Made by a program: the position numbers and the translations under genes. The notes below the pieces were generated by a model. It did no database searches, was not told the DNA's origin, and saw only the letters and a list, made by a program, of their open reading frames with translations. A DNA stretch of 64,000 bases from positions 22,568,001-22,632,000 of the forward strand of contig JAQFVV010000001.1 of assembly GCA_028023455.1 (NCBI GenBank), read 5' to 3'. Numbering within the stretch: the stretch's first letter is position 1; each line of letters opens with the position of its first letter. This DNA is from Epiperipatus broadwayi (lineage: Eukaryota; Animalia; Onychophora). Shown one piece after another: positions 54,150 through 64,000 of this stretch.

Positions 54150-54410
54150 GCAATTTCAAACTTATTAAATATATAAGAATTGGAAAACTTACTTTCGGTC
54201 ATTTTTTGCTAATTTGTGCAGGTGGCGAAATAACTTCTAACCTAAAACTTAGCGCCACACACTGACTCTACGAGAGTGCGTGAGAACTTCACGATATCTT
54301 TTTATTGGTGCTTAAAATGGCTGACGTAGAGTTTTCGTCAATAAATCCGTGGAAATTTTACCCAATTATGACGTTCTTATTAAATAAATTGTATTAAAAT
54401 TAAACGCAAT
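54150..54410. promoter_or_regulatory. CpG-rich promoter of PAICS, possibly bidirectional
   Basis: About 11 CpGs in ~230 nt against a CpG-poor background, directly upstream of the inferred PAICS ATG. Contains AAAATGGCTGAC (YY1-like AANATGGC motif and a + strand ATG at 54317). Elevated CpG extends patchily over about 53.7-55.0 kb. Confidence 0.55.
54193..54202 (-). CDS. PAICS: PAICS coding exon 1 (10-nt start exon: ATG ACC GAA A)
   Basis: Minus strand reads AAAAA-ATG-ACC-GAA-A|GTAAGT, a perfect donor inside a CpG-rich promoter-like patch. The trailing A (phase 1) plus the first two bases CT of the 27123 exon give ACT, producing MTETPKTGKQLAEGKTK. The join is inferred from phase and context, not from transcript data. 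Confidence 0.7.
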
Positions 54411-54999
54411 TATTAATCTTTTTGTTTGATTGATTAATTAGCTTTTTTAAAATCTCTAAATATATTACTTTACTATGTTCAGATATTGTATAAATTGTCT
54501 GAATGACGATAAGTATTATAATTTTTAGTCATTGTCCTTATCTACAAAATTTTTATTATGTAACTTGGAAATCATAAATTTGGTAATGTACATGCTGCAA
54601 AAACTACTAATATTTTAGTCATCTAATATTTTATAATGTAACTTTAAAATGAGATATGTAAAGGAAATAAAGATAGGTTGCAGCAAATAATCGTAATGGC
54701 TTAATGGTCGGGAATTCATGAGAAGTTTCGAGCTACGGAATTGGACAGCTATCCGTAGACTTTAGTTTCAGATCACGCAGTGTATCACTGAAGATTGGCT
54801 ATAGTATGCAATTGCTTAATTAATACACAAATTTTATTCTTATATGCAAAAAATTAATATTGTGTGATAAACGTTCAATTACAGTTCATCTGTTTTTGCA
54901 TATTTTAATTATACGATGTATATATTGAATTTGCCGAATTATAATGGAACAGTTTGTGCTTGTCTCGAAGTCGCGTAATTTTATTCTTATTGAATATAA

Positions 55000-56830
55000 T
55001 AAAAAATCGTATTGATGTAAATTGGTTTCTCCTTAAATGAAGTTTGTGTGTTTTAATATTATATCCATTGATCCTGTTAGCAAAATTAAAAACTATTTGA
55101 AACCATAATTTACTATAGCAAATTGATGTATTGCCAAATTATTATTCTAGCCCTTATTCATAAAAGCTGCTTCATTAATTCCTCTACCCTATTCTCATAT
55201 TCCCCATTTTTTTTATAAAAAAAAAAAATATCTTCATTCTGTTTATAAATTTCTTTTTACACAGGATTTATTCTGCTCTATTCGCCAAACATAAATGTTC
55301 AATACTCTTTTCCATCTCTATATTTAAAGTTCAAATCCTTATTCCATTTTTTTGCCTTTCCCCCATGATTTCTGAAGCTTTTCTCTTTTGTACCACATCA
55401 CACTAAGTCTTTAGTGTTGAGATATATATTATATGATTCCAAACTTTATTCATTTTTTGGAAGTTTTTTTTTTTAATCAATTTATCTGTCCAATTTCCCC
55501 ACCAGCATAATTGTGCCCTCCATGGTACCCTGGCTATAGGGATACTGCGAGATGTAGAAATAATGTTAAATTTTCAGGAGAATGCATTTGATAAAACATA
55601 ACATAGGACCATTAAAGATAAATGCTTCAATTTTAATATTATGTTAATGTCTTAATTTAATTATTTTAAATTATGTTCATTTTCACATCATTGATTAATG
55701 AATAAACAGAAACTTATCAACGATAAACTAATAATTAGAAAGTAAATTAATTTGAAAAAAAAAAGTATTTTCCTCAAGGGTGTACCGTGAGATGTAAAGA
55801 GCGAGATCAAGGGTACTGTGACATCAAAAAGGTTGGAAAATGCTGCTCTACACATCCCATTTTTTATATAAATATAGGAATAACATCTATATATTAATAT
55901 TGCACATTGTAAATCTTTCTTGCCCAATATGTTTTGATGTTGCCACACAATCTAATTAAATATTATTTATATTAATATATTTCCATTCACATATTTTGAC
56001 TTTCAAACGTTTTTAATTTCCTTCATTAAAAGAGAAATCCAATTCATTTCCATTTCAAAAGCATCAGTTGCTGGCAAAAATTTAATGCATATCTATTTTT
56101 TTAAAATTATATCAATATTTCTGAGTTCTTAACTAGTACAAACTCTCAGTATTTATAATGTTAAATAAACTACCATCACCCTTTCAAAATTATTTACACA
56201 CCATGATCCCTTTTCTTTTCATCATTTAACAATTACTTAAATACTTATCCTTTCACTTTTTCAAGACAAAATACTTTCCATTTTTCATTCTTCAATTTTT
56301 ACTTATCTAATAAATCCCAATATCTTAAAGATTTTTTTCTCATGATATTTCATTTTTGCACATCCGCCATCCCCACCCTTTCTTTAAAAATAGTTCATAT
56401 ATTTTATATTATTTGCCAAAACTGCCATATCATTGCAAAAAATAATTGGCCTATTATCATTTATTATGAAAATTTTCACATGTATTCTCAATCTTTAAAT
56501 TTTAATCTTGAATTCTTTTGAAATAAAACTATAATGAATATATCTCTTTTAATCCAATTTCATATTTAATATAATTCAATTCTATGTCCCTGATTGGTAT
56601 TTAGAAATAATTATAAATCATTCTTAACAATTTCCCATATTTTTAAATTTTCTCTACAATCTATTCCTATTGACCCAGTTCATTCATTTCTATTTTTAAA
56701 AATGAAATATATAATGTTGATTTCTCCATAAAACATTTCAATCAGTACAACAACAATGATTAAATTATTCTACATCTGTTTTCCTTAATGGAATCCATTC
56801 TGAATCTTTTTTAAGATTTTATTCTCTTTC
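55000..56830 (-). mobile_element. Degenerate non-LTR retrotransposon RT fragment
   Basis: Minus strand has QNGFH*GK (~56780-56800), EIGLKRD (~56545), IFCNDMAVLA (FADD remnant, ~56415-56445) and a YKY-like stretch near 56150. Clade not determined. Confidence 0.55.
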
Positions 56831-59303
56831 ATACAAGTTCTAATCCTAATTCTCTCTCTATATATATATATATATTGTATATGTAAATATTTTATAAACT
56901 ATGAAAGTTAATAAATATTTTCTTTATATATATATAACAATTTAATTCTCACATAATTTTCCTTCATTTATAATTTTATCAAATATAGTTTTACTAAAGT
57001 TTTTGTTTTTTTTTGCCCTTGCATACTTTTTTTCATAACTATTTATAGTATACCTCCATATCATCTTGTCTTGCTTTTCTCTACACTCCACTTTTTATCA
57101 GATTACTCAAGGTATTTATTTATATAGGTCTCGGTAGGAGTATAAACAGGTAAATAGATAAGTAGAATAATCAATGAATAAATAAATAAAAAACAAACTG
57201 GAATTCCTTAAAAGATACAACATGCCTTGACAATGATTCTTTATAGAGTAAGAGATTTCTGAATTAATTCGAACTGAAGCAAAAAAGAAAAATCAATTCA
57301 ATTGATTGGATGGAATTATTTATGAAGAATCCATCACTTTAATGCTAAAACATCATATAACATTAGCAACTGATCTCTCTTTTTTTTTCTTACAGTGGGA
57401 ATAACAGTTAATTTTATTTTAATAATAAAAAATTTTATATTATAGTGTAGACTAATTTTTTGTATTTACAACTCTTAAGATTTTGTATTAGATAAAGTAA
57501 GCTATTTTATATTTATGAACAAATCCATTTCATTTTGTAGCAGAACATATTTTATCTGATATAGAGTATATTTATTTGAAATTGCATCAGATTGTGTTAT
57601 TGGGATTTAATTTTTTTTTAAAAAAAATACACTTTATTATTATTTAAATTATCAGTTGTTGTGCTATTATTTGCTGACAATTTCTGACCTTTGCTTATCT
57701 TAATAATTTTTATCAAAATTTTTCAATAGCCATTACTAATTCATTTTGGCACAAAAGCACAATTTGATTACAATCAGATAATATCAAATTTTAAATTCTT
57801 AATTATAGCAATAAAAATTGTTTTTATTTATGTTACACACACACCAAAAAATACAGTACTATTAACATTGATGTATGTGTGATGTTTTATTCCATAGGAC
57901 ATTAGTTTATATTTGGATTATTGCTACAACAGCATAGCCTAGATTCCTGTGTTTGTGAATTGAAATGAGAAAAGAAGACTTTATTTTTCTTTGCTTGATA
58001 TTTACAATTGTCTTATCTAGCATAGGCATCTTAAAAATCATTAATATACTTTTTATATTTTGCATTTTTTTATGCTGCCCTCCACTTTTTCATTAATAGA
58101 TTATGACGTTCTTTTTAAAACATGTCTTGTTTCTTATCTATATGCTGTTTTCATTTTAGTTTTTTATCCATCTGTTATCATTGGTATGGCTTATAACTTT
58201 GTGTTTTATATTATTTTGATCATAATTGGTACATCTCAGATTTAGTGATTGTAGCATTTGTTTTTTTTTTTTTGTTAAATAAAATCATGCCTGCACTATG
58301 TGGCCAATTTTATCACTAAAATTGCGTGATTTCTTTTTGAATCTTCAAACTTTAGAAACATGAACACCTCACAATGGAAATATCTTCTACCAATGGACTT
58401 TGTGATATAATTTTTTTTCTGTCACTATCTGGTCCTTTTTTTATTTAATTGATACTGTGAATTTAATGCTTGAGTTGTCATCTGCTAATTGGGTTTTCTT
58501 GATAACTGTTATTTCACCCAAGTTTGTTTCATTTGTTACAAACTCAAACATTATTTCTGCATTTGTAAATAGCTTTAACTATAATTCATAGTTTTTTTTC
58601 TACTAGAAATAAATCTATCAAGTAAAGCTTTATTTTAATATATTTGCAATTTGACTGAATTTCAATATGTTTTCATAATCATTCTGGCTTTTAGATTGAA
58701 ATTGTCTCTTAATAAAATGGTTAGTGGTTTGGAACAAAATATTTCATAAATTGCCTTATCATACATTATATCCAAGGGATGCATTAATCTTATAGATATA
58801 TATACATAAAATTTTATGCATGGCTGGTCTAAAAATATTAACAAATATGGCTGACTTTAGCTTGAATACAATATAAGTTATAAAAATTAGTTTGAAACAG
58901 TTTAAGTAAAGTCTCTAGTTCTTTTGTAAGTTTACATCAATTTTATCAGGAGCCTACCTTAATTATTTTTTATTTATGCTTATTTTTAGGAAACTTAGAG
59001 GATAATAATGAGCAAATCATTCCTTTAAAAAATTATTTCATTGCTATTTACTGAGTTTGACTTAAAGAAAAGTCATGTAGAAGAAACAATATTTATTTAC
59101 ATAAATAAATATATAGCTAGGTTAATTTGTTTTTGTGAATATTACTCATTTGTTATCTACATTTAATTGGATTTAATATTGTCATGTGTGTACTTCGATA
59201 ATTATACATGAGTCTTTATTGCTTTATATAGATTATATTGAAATTACTATACAGAAAAAGAATCAGAATTAAAACCAATTCTTTTTTTATGTTGCACTTC
59301 AAG

Positions 59304-60287
59304 TATACAATAGTCAAATATGTTTAAAAATACATATATACAAGCAACAAAGATTACAAATTATAAAATTATTATAAAAAAGCCTTTTTCGGCAAATTGT
59401 TTTTTTTTTTTCCCTTTTCAATATGTCTCCACGATTTAAAGCACATACAGCGACATCTATATCAATACATGATAGAAGATAGATAAACAAATGGATATTT
59501 GACATGATCTATTATGTGATTTCCCCCCCCCCTCAATTCTACTACAAAATTACTCTGTTATATATATTGAATGGATATATATCCACATATATTAATTAAT
59601 TAACTATCCATTCTTTATCCATTAACCACTTATTATTTAACTTAATGGATGTTTTGTATATATTCATACAGTTGTTTTTATTATACATGATGTAGTTTGT
59701 TTCATATATTTTACGTCTATTAACATTTTTAATATAATCAAGAACACTTATATTATCAATACAATTTATTTTATGTCCATACTGCAAATAATGAACATAT
59801 AACGCAGATATATGCGTTATATGTTCATTATTTGCAGTATGGACATAAAATAAATTGTATTGATAATATAAGTGTTCTTGATTATATTAAAAATGTTAAT
59901 AGACGTAAAATATATGAAACAAACTACATCATGTATAATAAAAACAACTGTATGAATATATACAAAACATCCATTAAGTTAAATAATAAGTGGTTAATGG
60001 ATAAAAAATGGATAGTTAATTAATTAATATATGTGGATATATATCCATTCAATATATATAACAGAGTAATTTTGTAGTAGAATTGAGGGGGGGGGGGAAT
60101 CACATAATAGATCATGTCAAATATCCAGATGTCGCTGTATGTGCTTTAAATCGTGGAGACATATTGAAAAGGGCAAAAAAAAAAAAAAACATAATTTGCC
60201 GAAAAAGGCTTTTTTATAATAATTTTATAATTTGTAATCTTTGTTGCTTGTATATATGTATTTTTAAACATATTTGACTATTGTATA
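59304..60287. repeat. Near-perfect spacerless palindrome of ~1 kb (fold-back or MITE-like)
   Basis: Centre at 59809/59810 (AACGCA-GATATA-TGCGTT). Arms pair out to TATACAATAGTC (59304) and GACTATTGTATA (60287). Differences are a 34-nt insertion in the left arm, homopolymer lengths and a few substitutions. TA flanks and CAATAGTC ends resemble Tc1/mariner-type termini. Confidence 0.93.
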
Positions 60288-60847
60288 GATTATATTATCT
60301 AAATAAATCCATGAATCCTTAATGACAATTTGGGCTATGAAAGAATGAAATTACTGCCTAACAATTAGACTTCCCTTCTTATAAGACTTATACATTACCT
60401 ACCTAATGTTGAAAGAGAGCTAAAAGAAAAGATAAAGGCAATAAACCACAGATATGCAGGAAATTTAAGCAATGTAATCATGATCCAGAATTTGAGCTAT
60501 CCACCAACCAATGATTTGACTTGGAATTTTTTACACTTTCAAGGAATCTAATCTGGAAAGTTAACACTATCTATGTTTATTGTGACAATATATTATTTAT
60601 AATAATATGTTTAACAGAAAGAAGTAGTGTTGTATTTTAAAAATATAAATGCTTAAATAACTATTTAAAAATTTTAAGGAATATATGAATTCATGAAATT
60701 GTGCAATCTGATTTTAAGAATTTTTATTTATTTTCCTATTAAAAAGACTACTAAATATCATGGAATATTACTATTATTCACTACAGAAAAAAAGCTTTCA
60801 ATGGTTTTATAAAACTTGTTGTTTGAATTAAGTCATAGTTTAGTTAT

Positions 60848-61550
60848 TACAGTAGCAATCCACACAATAATGCCATCTAATGTAAGCTCTAGTAATCAAC
60901 ATATGCCAAAAGATTATGCATTTTAATCCCTATCCAATGCCTTCCTGTGGCTTTCATTGGTGAGAAATCTTGGATCTGGAAGCAGTGAATCTGGATCTTT
61001 GCATCTAATGCAGCTTTATTTTTTTTGATTAATCATAAAGCTATGAGTCTAAACTGAAGACAATACATTTTCAATTCAAGCTAATTTATCTGTATAATCA
61101 TACAGATCTGAATTCAATTCCTTCAAAGAATAGAGGGAACTATGGTTCTTGAAAAATCAAAAACACCAAAGTATATAAATTTTGAACTGAATTGATATCT
61201 GATTGACTACACAGGCAAATTAGCTTGGATTGAAAACCTTATATTTTCAGTTTGGGTTGAAAGTTTTATAGTTAATCAAAAAGATAAATGGTAAGTGCTG
61301 AAGGGGTGCATTAAACCCAAAGATCCAAGTGCATTTCTCCCAGATCCAAAGCTCTTCACTGATGAAAGCCATAAGTTAGACAGTAGTCTGAGGATGTTAG
61401 ATAAGAAGGCACTGAATAGAGATTAAAATGTACAATCTTCAAACATCTATTGATTATTAGGGTTACACTAGATGTTTCTATTGTATGAAAAAAGTTTTAC
61501 TACTGTTTTAACAACTTGTGTAAGCACAAAGAAATGGTAATCATATGGTT
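60848..61550. repeat. Fold-back family A, old diverged copy with both arms and central core
   Basis: Degenerate forward arm (GGATCTGG...ATCTAATGCA), the core in reverse orientation (CTATGGTT...AAACACCAAAGTAT) and an inverted arm (CAGATCCAAAGCTCTTCACTGATGAAAGCCA) are recognisable. Confidence 0.7.
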
Positions 61551-62379
61551 TTTTAGATGAATGATAATAGAAAGTATAATTTTAGATAATTAATATGATA
61601 TGATTTTTAATTAGTTGCCGAAAACGCTTTCTAACATTGGCTAAGGTAAAAATTTATTCCATCTATTTATTAACAGTAGCTGAGTGCACTTTTAGCTAGA
61701 GAAGACAGTTTCATAATTTTCATAAGGCAGCTAGCATGCTGCAACATTATCAGAAAAATACAATGATTAAAAACATGCTTTATATATTGGGATTTTATAG
61801 AGTCAAATTTCTTAATCAAAAAGATATCCAGTTTTATTAAAAAATAATTGGTTATTCATATAAATTTATTCACATTATATAGCTTCAATACATTACAGTA
61901 AGAAATTGTTTCTTACTAGTACTTGATGAACAAATGCCCTTCATCATACCAAAAAAAAGGGAAGTCCAAGAAAAATGCTAAGAAGAAATTAAATAATTCT
62001 GCCCATTCAATTAATGACACAGAGACCAATTTATAAAAGTTCAGATCCTAGGCAGGCGGCGGGAAGCAAAAAGAAAATATTGGCACCTGATGAAAGATTT
62101 AAAGACTCCAAAAAACAGAAGAGATAAATCCAAAGAATACAGTACACACTACTGAAAACAACCTAGGACATTACAGAATGAGCTCCCTGAGGGACCATCC
62201 CTGTCAAAAATCAGACTAAACCAAGGCATTCTTCCAGACTCACACAACAGCAAATAAGCGATGACAAAGACCAATTGTCATCGGCAGTTGAAATATCTCT
62301 CTGTGATGACTTAGAAGAAATATTCCAATAACTAATTCAATCCCACCCTCAGTCTAGCTTGCATACCTACACCACAAAG

Positions 62380-64000
62380 TTATGACTATAAAAATATCAG
62401 ATAAATGTCAAAGGCCTTCACTCTTTCAAAAGAGTATAGGCTATCAGCCACTGGATTCAACAATACACACCACAGATTATATGTCTCTCAGAAACAAAGA
62501 TAAATCTCCACACACAAGTCAATCTAAACAAACTTTTGGGTAGATTTGGGTCCTTCCATCACTCTATCTTTTCCTTGCCAACAGCAAAAGTTGCCATTCT
62601 TATTCACAATAGTTCTCTCTTTACTTCATTTAGGATGAACCAGATTAATCAGTACCTAATAATAGCTACTTTCTTTCACCAATCTTTTACCATCAATATC
62701 ATCATTTATATATATTTCTATAAAATTTTAACACTCATCAACTAATTCAGCAAATAAACCTTATCCTTGCTTCTAATCCTTTTCCAACAATCATGTTTGG
62801 AGACTTCAACAGTACACATAAAGAATTTAACTCCAAGTACTTACATCTCATTAATAGTAACCTTAGTGGAGAGTTTTCCCCTCCAGATGCCTTCTCATTC
62901 TATACACGAAAATACACACCCTTGATTGACCTGTTACTGTTTTCCCCTGAACTTCAATTGATCATCACCCCATTTCTTGAACTGGTTCCATTCTCAGACC
63001 ACTTTGCACTCACCATTAATCTGAATGTTAACTTCAATACTCAATCAACTCCCAAAATTTAATAGCACACTCAGACTGCTTCAAAAAAATACCACACTAA
63101 AAGCAGTAATCTCAGAATCCTACATATTTTTCAATATACTCACTCTACATCTGGTGGAAGCTTGGTTTGCCTTTATCAATATTCTGAGAGACATTATCAA
63201 ACACTTCACTTATAATAACAAAGCATCATCATTCATTATTAAAGAGATGGAAGCCATAAACAATTTTCTCAAATCCCTTCATTGCAACCTGAGTTAAAAC
63301 AACAATATAAAAACAAATTATACTGGCTGAATATCTCTCTATTAAAAAATTCAAAATTTATCTTTCCCAGCCCCATTGCTGGTCCAGAGGCTACATTAGA
63401 TGGGCTCTTGGATATATAGAAAACTGTACTCTCATCTATCATGATTAAATAATAAACTTTTCACAGATGCTATCATGCTATATGAGACCTATAAATACTT
63501 CAAAACTAAGATAACATCTAACATACTCCTCCAATGCCATGCAATAGACCAAGTAGGTTCTATTGAGCCTATGGATATCTCAGGAACAGATTTACTAAAT
63601 AAACAGATCCTTCCCAGACAGTCCTGAGATGCTATCTGTTGCACCTCTCCAGATTCTCTGTACCCATTATATTTAACATGCTCAATTTCCTATCTACCAA
63701 TTCTTATCAAACTGATGGTCTGTGCCCTATTTCTCTGGTCCATTTTATTAAGAAAAACCTTCTTCCTTCTCTGACGGATAATCTCAGACCCATCTCTATG
63801 ACTCCCATCATGATTAAGGTGATTGAATCAATGATTAAGGACAAAATTCAAGGAAAAATTCTTTTGTCAAGCTCGGAATTCCAGTTTGCTAGAAAAGGAA
63901 CCTCAACAGCCAATGCTATCAACCTTCTCCAGATCATCCATGATCACATCAGAACTAACAGAAAAACTTGCCTTATAGTTGTTCAGCTTAACATTGCTGG
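62380..64000 (+). mobile_element. L1/Tx1-like LINE ORF2 (APE endonuclease plus start of RT), degenerate, truncated by the window end
   Basis: QINVKGLHSFKRV*AISHWIQQYTPQIICLSETK (APE N-terminus), FGDFNS, IDLLLFS, FSDHFAL, then LRPISMTPIMIKVIESMIKDKI and FQFARKGTSTANAI. Contains stops and frameshifts. The lysine-rich stretch at ~61950-62380 may be ORF1 or 5' sequence. Confidence 0.88.

Noticed and set aside
59596-60023. Two near-identical 63-aa ORFs as duplicated small genes
   Set aside because: They are mirror images produced by the DNA palindrome. The peptides are low-complexity with no recognisable motif.

Overview
AT-rich (roughly three-quarters A+T by eye), CpG-depleted nuclear DNA from an animal, probably an invertebrate. 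The only host gene I can support is a minus-strand PAICS (ADE2/ade5-type bifunctional SAICAR synthetase/AIR carboxylase). Five coding exons splice in frame: 54193-54202, 26926-27123, 24203-24381, 17781-17988 and 999-1168. They cover the SAICAR synthetase half, and the carboxylase exons must lie beyond the left edge. Introns are about 27.1, 2.5, 6.2 and 16.6 kb and are full of mobile DNA: a complete 3.6 kb hAT element with an 8-bp TSD and a transposase broken only by three TGA codons, a non-autonomous Helitron, a Mutator-like element with a 9-bp TSD, several RTE/LINE remnants, a Penelope GIY-YIG fragment and a candidate solo LTR. A CpG-rich promoter lies near 54.2 kb and an L1-like LINE runs off the right edge. 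The most unusual features are: (i) a 3.3 kb block (3809-7085) almost devoid of G on the + strand, with 620 consecutive bases containing none, that reads as a full-length-sized RTE LINE whose sense-strand cytosines have been converted to T; (ii) a family of long fold-back elements whose two arms share locus-specific variants; (iii) a spacerless palindrome of about 1 kb; and (iv) a C24 micro-insertion flanked by a perfect 22-bp duplication. No rRNA, tRNA or CRISPR array was found. All counts and alignments were done by eye.
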